The notes under the pieces: model-generated
What the model was told of the DNA's origin: nothing
The model's database searches: none
Seen by the model: the letters and a program-made list of their open reading frames with translations, nothing else
In this document: one piece after another, positions 1 through 12,539 of the stretch
How the letters are laid out: every line of letters begins with the position of its first letter
Position numbering within the stretch: position 1 is the stretch's first letter
Made by a program: the position numbers and the translations under genes
Assembly (NCBI RefSeq): GCF_016432865.1
Contig: NC_067403.1
Location: 109,988,001-110,052,000 of the forward strand
DNA from: Antechinus flavipes
Taxonomy: Eukaryota
Reading direction: 5' to 3'
Length of the DNA: 64,000 nt

Positions 1-143
1 CATGCTAAACATTCCTAATCTCTCTAATTGGCCAATCATATCATAATTGGGCTTAACATCCATAACTGTCTTGATCAGCTTGTCCTTGACATTCCCAGTA
101 CCTGGGATATAGAATGCTTTAATAAATGCTTTAAAATTTAATT

Positions 144-240
144 GAGCTAGGTGGCACAGTGGATAGAATACCAGCACTGGAGTCAGGACAGCCTGAATTC
201 AAATCTAGCTTCAGACATTCAACACTTATTAGTTTTATTA
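144..240 (+). mobile_element. 5' head fragment of a marsupial tRNA-derived CORE-SINE (WSINE1/MAR1-like)
   Basis: gagctaggtggcacagtggatagaataccagcactggagtcagga...gaattcaaatctagcttcagaca resembles the head of the full copies at 6124 and 17410; truncated. Confidence 0.75.
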
Positions 241-869
241 AAAAATTAAGTAAAATAAAGAAAAATAAAGAAAATAAAATTTGAGTTAAAATATATCTCA
301 ACCCTCAGGAACTAAATAAGTCTTTTTTAGATACTGTTAGTAAATTGCCTCGTTCAGAATAGCAGCGATACCTGGCATCTTGCACATAGAAGACACACAC
401 AGTTGAATAAATGAATGAATTTAAGGAGATTCTGTTTCTCCTCTCCACATTATAACTTGATGTTTGATTTTTATTTTCTATAAGTAAAAGAAAGCAAAAG
501 CATAGAATTATTCATTATAATGAGCTTGAACACACAGATGACTGGGGGCTGGTTTGTTTTTAGAAGCTCTATCCGTGTACAAATGTTGCCCAGCATGGGA
601 TCTGTATGGGAGCCCAACCCACGGCTCTCACACATTCTGATCAGATTTAGAATCCACAGGGAATTCTGGGGCAGGGACAAGCATGTCGGAACAAACATAC
701 CTAACATTCTCAATCATTGCTCTGCCAGAAAAAAATCAGCATACTGAAAACAAGGCAAGCTTATGTAGAGAAGACCTCATTTCAGGAGTTAAAATTCTGT
801 GGTTTTGGAATTGTGAGAGATGTCACTTCTATATTTCTCTTGCAGGAAATAATGTATCCAAATGTTCCC

Positions 870-1120
870 TCTATTTAACTGGTATGTTATTGTTCTTGCC
901 CTCTTCAACTGTTCATGAACCCATTTGGGGTTTTCTTGGCAAAGATTTTGGAGTTGTTTGCCATTTTCTTCTCCAGTTCATTTTCTAGATGAAGAAATGA
1001 AATAAACAGGGCTAAATGATCTTTGCCAGGGATCACACTATAAGTATTTGAGGTCATATTTGAACTCAGGAAGATAGATATCTTCCTCATTCTACCTACT
1101 GTGCCATTTAGCTGTCCATT
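870..1120 (-). mobile_element. MAR1-type marsupial SINE
   Basis: Diagnostic ttttcttggcaaagat...tttgccatt..cttctccag segment; reverse-complement tRNA head actgtgccatttagctgtcc at the right end. Confidence 0.8.
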
Positions 1121-1499
1121 TAATTGGTATAGATACATTTAATAGTTATGCTTTGTTTGCTGAATTATATTTGTCCCAAGTCAGCAGAGGATATAAAATG
1201 CAAATTTAATAGTGTCTTTGCTAGTTAAAGACAGGCAGATTTTCTCCAATCTGAATGACAATTATATAATCCACTTATTTTAAAACTATGATGGTTAACA
1301 TAAAACCTGTCACATTTGTCTATTAATTACTACATCAGTACAGCAGATGGAAATGTTCAGCAAAAATTTCATTGGAGAGATTCTGTAAAAAACTACTAAG
1401 GAAAGGGAATTATATCTTGGACCCACAAATGAAGGCTGTATTAACTTTAAATAGGAATTACAAGGAAAATTTTATTTATCACAATTTGACAATCATCTG

Positions 1500-1965
1500 G
1501 TGGTGCTCTCTACTGGTTAGATAGCATCTGGAGGATGATGTTCATTGCCGAGTGCCATATTTTAGGAAGGACCCTGAGAATCTGAAGAATGTCAAGAACA
1601 AGATGATCAAGACAGTTATGGGCTTAACAACCATGTAATATGAAGGCCAGTTAGAGAGACTAGGAATGTTTAGCATGGAGAAAAGAAAACTCAAGGCAAA
1701 AATGTTCTTAAAAGGTACTTAAAAGCTGTAATTTGGAAGAGGTATTAAATTAGTGTTATATTTAACCTCAAAAAAAAAAAAAAATCAGAGCCATAGTTAG
1801 AAATTGCAAAGAGGCAAATGGGGATGTTCCCTCCCATTTCTAATAGCTTCCTAAGAGTGGGAAGGACTACCATGGGAGGCAACAGGTTCCCCCTCACTGA
1901 AATTTTAATTCAAAGGTGGGATGGCCAATTATCAGGTATATTATAGCATAGATTCTTTTTGAGAA
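1500..1965 (+). mobile_element. L3/CR1 LINE 3' fragment with MIR3-like tail
   Basis: CR1-type 3' sequence (gtgccatattttaggaagg...ggaatgtttagcatggagaaaagaaaactcaagg...gttccccctcactgaa); decayed. Confidence 0.7.
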
Positions 1966-3899
1966 ACAGGCTAAAATCTGAAATTATAGTATTCAAAAAG
2001 GTACCTTGTCATGGAAATTATAATTTTTGTGCTTAACTCAGAGATTCATTTTGGGCTTAGATATGTAACTCATAACAACTGGGCAAACTTATGCAGTTTG
2101 GCAGGCACACACATATCCCACAAGCGAAAACAGCATTGCTGGGCCAAATTCCAAATCAGGTAGATGATTTAAAGATTGAGTTATACATTCAAAGTGAAAT
2201 CTAGGACAGGTAACAGAAATTTTAAAAATGCCAAACTGGTTTAGCCCCATGATGCTAGACTTTCCAATCTATCATATAGGTAATATTCTGGATAGCCCTG
2301 AAAAGATTTCTTTAACTTACATGTATTCATTTTTCCCTCTGCTAAATTACAAACATGTATTAATGGAGTAGCTTTAGGATGGGAGGAGCTCTGAAAGCAT
2401 TATGTTCCTTAAAAATATGTCTTTCCATAACAATATATTAATGTTATTTCAGCATTTGCAGAGATGGCATAGAAATAATTAATTTGTGATACCACTTGAA
2501 ATGCAAATCCAATAGAAGTCAGCAGTAAATCTTTGCTACTAGGGAATATAGAGGAGAATACTGTTATGTTTTTGTGGAGATTTGTGTAAAGATAAAAAAA
2601 TCTCCTCTTGGGTTGTTGTCAAAGCTATTTTCTAAGTCAAAAATGTAAATGAGCCCATTTTAATTAAGAACATTATTACTCTTGGCTAATTAGTAATACG
2701 ATGGTTAATATATAATTATGGTATAATGTTTCTACAATTGGGAATAACTGACATGTGTATAGAAAACAATTGTTCAATTCAGGAAAAACAATAGAAAGCA
2801 ACATAACGAAATATAATATACTTTAAATTTTTCTGATGAGAAAAAAAAGAATGAGAAAGGATAGTGTAGTGAAGGGTGAGGGAATGGGGAACATTCTTAA
2901 TAATCATCATTTAGGTAATCTTAATCCTATATATTCTACTAATTAGCTATATAATCATGAACAGGTCATTTATTTTTCTTAGGTATCTATATTATCTATA
3001 TTAGGTATTTTAGGTATCATCTATAAAATGAGAGGAAACATTTCTGCTCTAATGTTTTATGGCTCTCATGTTTCAATTCAATGCACCATTCATTTATTAA
3101 ATTTCTACAGTGTGCAAAGCATTGTGCTTGGTGTAGCAGTTATAAACAAATGGAATTTTAAGAGAATGTATATGATGCAGACTTTGAAGGGTTATAGAAA
3201 TGTTAGCTGTGGAGATTTTATAAATTATTATTTTCAAAGAATAAATGCCTAAATGTAGCTCATTGGTTGAATATGTAGTTCAAGATAAACTAGTGATCAA
3301 CACTTCTAAAAATGATAGATGAAACCATCACGGTAATGTATTCATATGTTTAGAAGAAAGGCTTGTTACCTGATATCTCATAGATATTAATAAATGTACC
3401 TTTATCATGTTAATATATCACTCGTGACATGCCATCATTGTTTAAAAATTTCCATACCACAGTTTTTAACATCAACACATGTTAGAGAATAATCCTCATT
3501 TCAATAAAATGAAAGATTAAATATGATGAGCAAATGTATTACTTCAGGATGGGTGGTAATAAAGTGCCAAAGAACAAGCTGCAAGCTGTTGGTGACTTAA
3601 GATACTCAAAGAATTAATTTTATGCTGGCATATACTGTAATTAGAAATGGCTCTGTGCATCATGATTAAACCAGTAACTATGGTAACCAAGGCAAGAAAG
3701 CATGAGTGCTAAATAAGATGGCCTGAATAAGCCAATGATACGCTTTTATTAATCTGTTTATTTTTAAAATCTTTGTCATAAGGATTTAGCTATAAAATAC
3801 ATTTTAATTACTACTTTTTGATCCTTGTCATTCATTTGAAATTTAATAAATTCCACCATTTGTTTTTTTTAAAGGAGATAGATTTTCATTTCAATTAAA

Positions 3900-4275
3900 A
3901 TTATAGGGTTTTCAGAGATCATTTTATCCGGCTTCCTTGTTTTATGGATAAGAAAGTGAGATTTAGAGAGGTTAGATAAATCTTCCAGGGTCAAACAGAT
4001 AATAACTCTCATTTATATAATGAGTTAAGCTTTGTAAAGCATGTTATACAAATTAAGTCATTTAATGCCCATTTTACTGATGGGAAGGCACTTCTCCAAA
4101 GTCAGTGTCTGATGGGCGACCTTGTTAGGTAGGTACTAATATCATTCCCACTTAAGTTACCAAAACTGAGGCTTAGAGAGTTAAATAACATCCCCCAGAG
4201 TCACACAGGAATACTATGTGTTCAATGCAGTATTTGAACTCTGTTCCTTTTATCTTGAAGTCTATAGTCTATCTA
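3900..4275 (-). mobile_element. MIR fragments
   Basis: CORE motifs such as aaactgaggcttagagagttaaataa..cccagagtcacacag and gtatttgaactc. Confidence 0.7.
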
Positions 4276-4809
4276 TACTCTCTCTCAGGTAGCAAAAAAA
4301 TCCAACTGGAATTTTAATGTAGATGTTCTATCTCCAAATCTAGGGGGTCTTTCCATTAGCCATGCCTTTCAAAATTTAAGGGGTAATATCACTCAATAAA
4401 TCTATGACAGCCCTCTAGTTTTTCTAGTTATTTCCGGAAAATGCCAAGTTCGGTATTTGAAATAAGAATTTTAAACATACAGAAGCATTTATGGCTTTAC
4501 TGCCATGCATTTACATAAATGTCACTCGTCTTAATAATGGGAGACAAAAGTTACAAATTATCAGGAAACACATCTGAGCAGGAAAAAAAAAAAAAAGAAA
4601 CCCAACCAATTGGTCTTTCCAGATGGCCAATTTCCACACCTATTGTAATAACACAAAACTGTACTAATAAAAAGAAGCTTACATTTATATCATTCTTTTG
4701 AAATAAAGGTAAAAGCCATAAAGTAATCTTCCATATTTAGTTCTTAATGGGTAACCATTGATTAGAATAGCTGTTCATATTGTCCTTGAAACTAAGCAAA
4801 GAAGGGAGC

Positions 4810-5050
4810 ATGATAATAATAATAGATTAAATTTATATAATTTTTAAAGTTTGCAAAGTGATTTACAGTCATTATTTCATTTGAGCTTTTTAATAACCTC
4901 ATCAGGTAGATTCTACAGCTTTTATTGTCCTCATCCTACTTTCTACAAATGAAGAAAATGAGTTATAGAAAAGTAAAATTAAGTGATTTCCCTACAGTCA
5001 CCTAGTAAGTGTGAGAGACAGGATTTGGACCAAAATATTTCTGATTCCAT
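4810..5050 (-). mobile_element. MIR
   Basis: ttttctacaaatgaagaaaatgag...aagtgatttccctacagtcacctagtaagtg...ggatttggacc CORE pattern. Confidence 0.7.
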
Positions 5051-5544
5051 GTACTAGATAACTCTTTCCACCAGGACACTCAATACATGCTATGTTCACT
5101 TCTTTTTTTCTGTTTTTTTTTTCATCTTTTCCATGGTTTTCCCTTTTGTTCTGATTTTTCTCTCCCACATAATTCATAAAGCAATGTGTATTTTTAAAAA
5201 TAAATGAAGTTACTAAAGAAAAACAAAAAAAAAAGAAATTATTAAAGGTTAGGGAAGCAAGGAAAAACTTAAGTAATTTCATTGATTTGGGTTATAAAAG
5301 AAAATACTGGACTTTCAGACAAAGATCAAATACATGCTGAGCTGTACTGTAGGTGATAAAAGAGCAGGTACTTGTTATCAATGAGATCAGGATGCCAGGA
5401 AGTAAAAAAAAAAAAAATAAAAAAAAAAATAGGTTTGAGTTATAAAAAAAAAAATTATTAATTAAATATTAAGAAAAACTTCCTGAATCTACAGGCTGCT
5501 TGACATTGAAAATTGTGGCCAGAATAGTTGTCAAGCCTTCCTCA

Positions 5545-6113
5545 AAGGTGGATCCAAGATGGTGGAATAAAGGCAAGAACTTGCTTAGCCTCTTCCCCAA
5601 ACTGCTCTAAATTCCTTTAAGTTACTTGTAACTTATTAGAACTTTCTCATTATTATGGAAGTTTGAAGGAATATATATAGACAGAGGGCACAGATAGGAA
5701 TTGAATATAAAGGAATAATTTTTTTAAATGATGAAATTAAGGGATGAGACAGGAACATACTGGGGAAAGGAAGAAGTTGAATGGTTTAAATTATTTGCCA
5801 TAAAAAAGAGGCAAGAAAAAGCTTTTGCAGTGGAAAGGAAGAGGGGGAACGGAGGGAGAGTAAGTGAATCTTACTCTCATCAGAAATGGTTCAAAGGGGA
5901 AATAACATACACACTCAATACAGGTATAGAAATCTATATTACTCTGCAGGAAAACAGGATGGAATATAGGAAAGGGGGGAGGGTTATATAACAGACGGCA
6001 TATTGGAGAAATGAGTACCAAAATACTTTTGAGGAGATACTTACTGGGTGAAAGGAGAGAGAGAATAGAATAAATGGGGGGGAAATACAGTTAGCAATAG
6101 TAATTGTAAAAAG
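5545..6113 (+). mobile_element. L1-derived fragment: 5'UTR head joined to post-ORF1 purine-rich region
   Basis: ccaagatggtggaataaagg head at ~5555 like the L1 5' ends at 9810 and 62961, followed at once by purine-rich L1 inter-ORF-like sequence ending gtaattgtaaaaa. Confidence 0.6.
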
Positions 6114-6123
6114 AGCAGCTCTA

Positions 6124-6254
6124 GGGACAGCTAGGTGGCACAGTGGATAGAGCACTAACCCTGAAGTCAGGAGGACCTAAGTTCAATCTATTCTCAGATA
6201 CTTAATACTTCCTAGCTGTGAGACCCTGGGCAAGTCACTTAACCCCAATTGCCT

Positions 6255-6303
<49 letters not shown>
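6124..6303 (+). mobile_element. Young WSINE1 SINE with 45-nt pure poly(A) tail
   Basis: gggacagctaggtggcacagtggatagag...aaccccaattgcctcagc plus A45; TSD agcagctcta at 6114-6123 and 6303-6312. Confidence 0.92.
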
Positions 6304-6304
<1 letters not shown>

Positions 6305-6879
6305 CAGCTCTAAATGTTTCCTTCTGAATGAATCTGACTAAATACTAAAAGATTTATGCTATATCAGCATCAGTTTCTCTGAATCTTTTCAAATCTACGC
6401 CATTCTCTGTTGGATGAAATAAATGAAGGTTGTTCCATATCCAATATTCACTTGTTACCTGAATCTTTATGGAGTAGTAAGGTATGCTGTTATCCACAAG
6501 TGTGACCTTAGCTAGAGATGGAGATTTCCCAGAGTAAAATCTGAGTAGGAACAATAAGCCAAAGATGGAATGTCTTGTTTTGAAGCAGCCGCAAGATCAG
6601 TACCGATCCATGTGAGCCAAATTTTGGGAAGCCTTGATCTATGTGTTACTTTTGTTAAAATAATCTATAATTTGTTACTATAATCTAAATTGTTACTATA
6701 AATTGAAATGTAAATAATACATCTATTTTATTCTGTGGTTATCTGGAATATTTCAGCTTGAAAATAAACATAAAAACTCAGAGATATTGTGAGATTCAAA
6801 TGAGGATATATATGTGTGTATACATATGTAATGTTTTGAATAAAAGTCCTATGTACATAATAACAAAAAATTATAAAAA

Positions 6880-7780
6880 GAATTGTTAAGCAAGCTTCTC
6901 TGAAAAGGCCTCATTTCTCAAACATAGAGGGAACTGAGTCAAATTTATAAAAAATAAGAGCCATGCCCCAAATGATAAATGATCAAAAGATATGATCCAT
7001 GCCCAAAGAGCTATAAATTCATGCATACTCTTTGACCCAAAAATACCACTGCTNNNNNNNNNNNNNNNNNNNNNNNNNNNNNNNNNNNNNNNNNNNNNNN
7101 NNNNNNNNNNNNNNNNNNNNNNNNNNNNNNNNNNNNNNNNNNNNNNNNNNNNNNNNNNNNNNNNNNNNNNNNNNNNNNNNNNAATTAGAGAACAGCTGAA
7201 TAAATTATAGCATATGATTATCATGAAATATTATTGTTCTGTGGGAAATGATGAACAGGATGTTCCTAGGGGAAAAAAATGGAAAGTCTTCCCTGAACTT
7301 TAGCAAAGTGATATGAATTATATACAAAGTAAGAGTAATGTTTTGGGATGACCAGCTATAAATGATTTTGCTATAATGATCCACGACTATTCTGAAGGAT
7401 TTATGATGAAAAGTCTTATTCATACTCAGAAATAAAACTGATTGTATCTGAATACAGATTGAAGAATTCTTTTTTTTTCCTCTTCCTCTCCTCCTCTATC
7501 TGTTTGTCTCTCTCTGTCTCTGTCTCTCTCTACCTCTGGTCTCTCTTTAACTATTTTTTTTCTTGAGACTTTTATTAATTATTTGTTATTTATTATTATT
7601 ATGTTTTCTTTAACAACATGACTTTTATGGAAATGTTTTGCATAATTTCAAATATGGTTTCTTAATGGAGGTTGGGGTTGAGGATAAGGGAAAGAATTTA
7701 GAACTTCAAAATTTTAAAAACAAAGGTTAAAAAATGTTTTGAACGTAACTGAGGGAAAATATTAAATAAATAAAATTTTA
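6880..7780 (+). mobile_element. Old L1 ORF2 3' end and 3'UTR (contains N gap)
   Basis: gataaatgatcaaaagatatg, catactctttgacccaaaaataccactg, 3'UTR ending aaatattaaataaataaaa. Confidence 0.8.
7054..7182. other. Assembly gap (N run)
   Basis: 129 consecutive N. Confidence 1.
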
Positions 7781-9091
7781 AGCAAAGTAATAAAGAAGAA
7801 TATCGAGCTTGGGTTTTCAAACAATCTGAATCCAATAGGAAATCGTGTGGAATGCCCTTGAAGGTTTTTTCACTGTTTAGCTTCTGCTCTTTGCAAGCTA
7901 AGAATCCCTCTGTGCTTCCTGGTATAGTTGGAGAAAGTCACAAAACTATGGAAATTTAAGTTATCTAAATTTTGCTAGGCTCTCCCAAGTTGGGAAATCC
8001 TTTCATTCACATCTCTACCAAATTTCCTACTATAGCTATTGCAAATCTATTCAACTATTTTCAAACATCTAACTCTTACTCCTTGAGGTCAGTAAATAAT
8101 CTTCTTCTCTCTTATTTTCAGGATTTAAAAAAAAATGTATTTTGCTAAATATATATGTGTGTGTGTGTCTGTATGTATGTGTCTATAAACACACATAAAC
8201 ATATATGGCAATTTAACAGCTCTTTAGTGTGTCTCCTATATGAGAATTTTTCTAATGTTTCCAATTGTTTGTTTTAATCCCATCCTGAATTTGAAAGTAT
8301 TTTTCATTTACTTATGTAACCCCTCTCCCAAAGCTCATTGGTATGAGATTATCTTCTTACTGGTAGAGATCAGCAGTGTGAGGTGTGAGGCGGGATTGGT
8401 GAGCACTAAAGATCTTTAGTCTTCTTTGAGGTCTCTTCAAGTTTCAAATTACTTTGAGCCCTGCAGCCATGCTTCTGGTTTTCAACATCAAGTAGGAAGA
8501 TGGAAGAGCCAAGCTGACTTCAGGTTGCTGAAGGGAAAAATTCTGGAAGAGGTTATTAGGAAGGAGATGGCTTTCTCTGTTTGGGAACTTTCCCTTTTAG
8601 GTGACACTTTCTCAACTGAATTACCTTGCAGCCAATACTCTATAATTCTCTAATATATGTTCTCATAGATATACCTTCTCTGATTTTACTACTAATCTAA
8701 ATAAATTAATTTTCGCTGATAATTGCTATGTGCATTCTTTGTGGAATGTGGGAGGAAAGGGATTTAGCTTTGGATATAAAGTTTGCTGTCCTCTTTCTCC
8801 CCAATAATGAAACAGCAATCAGAAATAGATTGAATGTGAAACTCGCCTCTCTTAGACTGATAATATTTGGAATAGTACCCCATCTCTCTAAGGACAGTGG
8901 AATGGCTTGTGAATTCAACTTCCTGATTCTTCTCTTGGCAGGAAGAGTTGGGGAAGAAGAGGCTAGAGATAGCTATTCTAACTCCTTTTAAGACACACAA
9001 TGATTCAACTACTTACATGTGGAGGTTGGAAGAACAGTGACTTTGCAATATGTGGGGCCTCTCTACATTTACCTTTATACAGATTATTTCC

Positions 9092-9640
9092 TGTTACGGG
9101 CCAAAACTCTGAACTTGAAACAAAGGATTCTTACAAGGTACTAAGTCAGTGGAATTGATAGAGACAACAGTTATTTAATTTAGCATGGTTCAGTAGGATT
9201 GATTTAATCTTACAAGGAGATGTTATGGGGCAGAACTTGAAAGAAGGTACTAAGTGGAATTGAGGAGACAATGGTTAAATCTAGTTTAGCATTGATTTAA
9301 TCCTACAACAAATAATAGTTTCCCAGAGATATAATGATTGGTTTGTACTCAGTGTGGGGCATATAAACTAGGAGCCTCAGTCAGGATTCAGTCGGGAAGA
9401 TTCAGAAGCCAGAGAAGGCAAGTGGGAGTTCAAGTTCTCGGAACAAGGAGAGAGATAGGCCTCCAGAAAAACTAGCCAAGTCCCAAGTGAAGGAGACAGG
9501 ACTTTGAAGGAGACAATAAAGGATTTGGACTTTAACACCTGGCTGCATTTGTGGTGATTACTGAACTGAAATGAAGGCTGCCTCCAGAGACCCCAAGAAA
9601 ACCTCAACAGAGAACATTACATTTTAAGGAGAATATTACA
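9092..9640 (+). mobile_element. Solo LTR of an endogenous retrovirus (family not identified)
   Basis: Begins TGTTAC and ends TTACA; 6-bp TSD atttcc/atttct; TATAAA 9362-9367; AATAAA 9515-9520; internally duplicated 5' (U3) part. Confidence 0.8.
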
Positions 9641-11474
9641 ATTTCTCTCCAAAAGACTGAAACTATTCTAGGGCAGGGATTGATCCATTTTTGTCTTTTT
9701 ACTTCTAGCATCTGACACTTAATAAAAGGTTTTTGAATTAAATTAAATTGGTAAAACTCTCCCATAAAGTGAAAAAGACTGGCAAAATGAATTATAAAAA
9801 GTAACCCAGGGGAAGATTCTGACAAGATGGAGGAGTAGTTTGGTAAATTTCAAGTTCTCCTGATTTCTCCCACAAATAAAACAAATTTGATCCTCAGGGA
9901 GAATACAGACTGGTGGAAAATCAAGAAGATTTGGGACAGAACAGGGGTCCTGAGGTACAACTAGAGAAAATCTGAAAAAAGAACGCAGGCCAGGATTAAC
10001 ACGTGCAAAGTGCAAATACCTCCAAGCTAGTTCTGAAGGAAAACGAAAGGGAGCCCCTGGGGCTAGCTGGGTCTGGCTACAGGTCTTTAAAGCCTCAGTA
10101 AGAACCTCAAAAACTTTCACCATGCTGGACCGCAAGAGGAATTGAAGAGTTTGAGTCAGGGAAGGATAAGTGAAGTTCTGCTAATTGGGAATGCCAAGCC
10201 TAGCTATACAGTAGAAACCCAGCCCTGAGTGAGAAGGAACCAGCACACTGGGAATGCAGAGACAGTAGGGCAGGGATGCTGTTGGCTGCAGGCACTTGCA
10301 GGAAGGGAGAGATTTTTGTTTAGAGTTTCTAGTCAGAGGAGAGAGCTGAAGTAAAGTCAGAGCCACCATACTCCCAACCCCAGTTTAGAGGAACTAATTT
10401 TTTTCAAACGAATTATCAAAGAAGAAAGAATCCCACCATAGAGACATACTATAGGAACAGGGAAGAACGACTTTAATCTTCAGAGAATACTGAAGTAAAA
10501 AAACCTTCTATCCCACAAAGAAATGTGAAATGTCTTCCTGCCCAGAGAGAATTTATAGAAGAACTCAAAAAAGAATTCAAAAATCAAATGAGAGACACTG
10601 AGGAAAAACTAAAACTTAAACTCAAACTAAAAACCATCTAAGAAAAACAAGAAGATTATTGGGGGGAGTTAATTAACTAGAAAGTAGATAGTCTCAAAGA
10701 TGAAAACAATTCTTTTAAAATTAGAATTGAGCAAGAGGATGCTAGTGAAGCTATAAGAGACCAAGAAATACAAAATAAATTATAAAGAATGAGAAAATAA
10801 AACAGAATATGAAACATCTCATTAGAAAAACAGACCTGGTCAACAGATCAAAAGAAAAAATATAAGAATAACTGGACTGCCTGAAAGTTGTGACTAAAAA
10901 AAAAGAATCTTGACACAATAATGCAAGAAATAATCCAAGAAAACTGTCCTGGAGGACATGAGGGGAAAAATAGAAATAGAAAAAAATCCATCAATCACCA
11001 CCTCAATGAGATTCTTTGTGGAAAATATACAGGAATATTATTTCCAAATTTCAAACCCCCCCAATCAAACAGAAAATTTTGTAAGAAATAAGAAAAAATA
11101 ATCAAATACTCTGGAGGTATAAATAGAATTGTACAAGATTTATCAGTAGTCACAATAAAAGGTCCTAGAATCTTATCTACCGACAATCGAAAGAAGTAGG
11201 CCTATAACCAAAAATAGCATATCCAGCAAAATTATCTATAATATTGAATGAGAAAAAAATGGACAATCAACAAACTTTCAGATTTATAGGACTTTCTATC
11301 AACCAAACTTCGTAGAAAATTTAACAACAGAAAATTTAACATAGAAGAGCCAATATCAAAGATCAAGTTCAAGGAACTCAACATAAACAAATTGTTTTTT
11401 TTTTTGTTTTTGTTTTTTTTTACATGGGAATTGTATAACTTAGGTTTAAGACTAACATCAACAATAGGACAGGT

Positions 11475-11988
11475 TGCACGATGGATACAGAGAGGCTTGG
11501 GAAGACTTACATGAACTGATGAGTAAAATGAGCAGAACCAGGAGATCATTATACACTTCAATAACAATACTGTATGATGATGTATTCTGATAGAAGTGGA
11601 TATCTTCGACAAAGAAATCTAATTCAATTCCAATTGATCAATGATGGACAGAAAAAGCTACACCCAGAGAAGGAACACTGAGAAATGAGTGTAAACTGTT
11701 TGCATTTTTGTTTTTCTTCCCAAGTTATTTTTAATTTCTGAATCCAATTCTTCTTGTGCAACAAGAACTATATGGTTCTGCACACATATATTGTATCTAG
11801 GATATACTATAACATATTTAACATGTATAAGACTGCCTACCATCTAGGGGAGGAGGTAGAGGGAGGGAAGAGAAAAATCGAAACAGAAGTGAGTGCAAGG
11901 GATGATATTGTAAAATATTACCCATGCATATGTATTGTCAATAAAAAGTTATATAATAAAAAAAAATTTTTTTAAAGAATTAAAAAAA
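11475..11988 (+). mobile_element. 5'-truncated younger L1 (3'UTR plus polyA) nested in the HAL1-like element
   Basis: Same 3' end family as 44415-45165 and 52706-53269; TSD aacaataggacaggt / aacaatagggcaggt. Confidence 0.85.
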
Positions 11989-12210
11989 AACAATAGGGCA
12001 GGTCAAAAGAAAGATCAGGGCAGAGTTAAGGTAAAAATAGTAATTATGTCAAAAAATAAGGTACAGAGGAAGAATAGACATAGAGGCATTAGAGGGGGGA
12101 GGAGGGTTCATAGTTATGAAAACCTACTCACATCCATAATGGGCTAATAGGCAACACTACATACATACAATAAAGGATATAATACCCTCAAAAATCTATT
12201 TTAAAAAATT

Positions 12211-12355
12211 GGGGGCAGCTAGATGGTGTAGTGGTTAGAGCATGAGACTTGAAGTCAGGAGGACCTAAATTCAAATCTGACCTCACACACTTAACACCTC
12301 CTAATGACTCTGGGCAAGTCACTTAACCCCAATTGCTTCAGCAAAAAAGAAAAGA
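12211..12355 (+). mobile_element. WSINE1 nested in the HAL1-like element
   Basis: ggggcagctagatggtgtagtgg...aaccccaattgcttcagcaaaaaagaaaag. Confidence 0.9.
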
Positions 12356-12497
12356 AATAATGGGGGAGGGATAGGTGGACAGGGAAGCAAGGGATGAGGG
12401 AAAAAGACAAGGGAGGGATACAAGGGTGGGGGGAAGTTAAGTAATAGCAAGGCAAGTTAGGAACAGAATTAAAGAAAAGGGTCAGCAGAGATAGATA

Positions 12498-12498
<1 letters not shown>

Positions 12499-12537
<39 letters not shown>
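12499..12537. repeat. (TG)n microsatellite
   Basis: Direct reading. Confidence 0.97.

Positions 12538-12539
<2 letters not shown>

Noticed and set aside
6124-6200. tRNA-like A/B boxes here and in other SINE heads
   Set aside because: They are Pol III promoters of WSINE1/MAR1/MIR elements, not tRNA genes.
6520-6540. ILLWEI kinase-subdomain-IX-like peptide on the minus strand
   Set aside because: A stop codon follows four codons later and no other kinase motifs are nearby.
8336-8403. GGCGGG plus ATTGG promoter-like words
   Set aside because: They are isolated motifs with no CpG island or associated gene.
9743-10135. 130-aa minus-strand ORF
   Set aside because: It is antisense to an L1/HAL1 5'UTR and has no protein-like features.
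11315-11345. Short local duplications (also 6660-6705, 20738-20762, 53865-53900, 63590-63625)
   Set aside because: They are ordinary replication-slippage duplications within repeats or AT-rich DNA.
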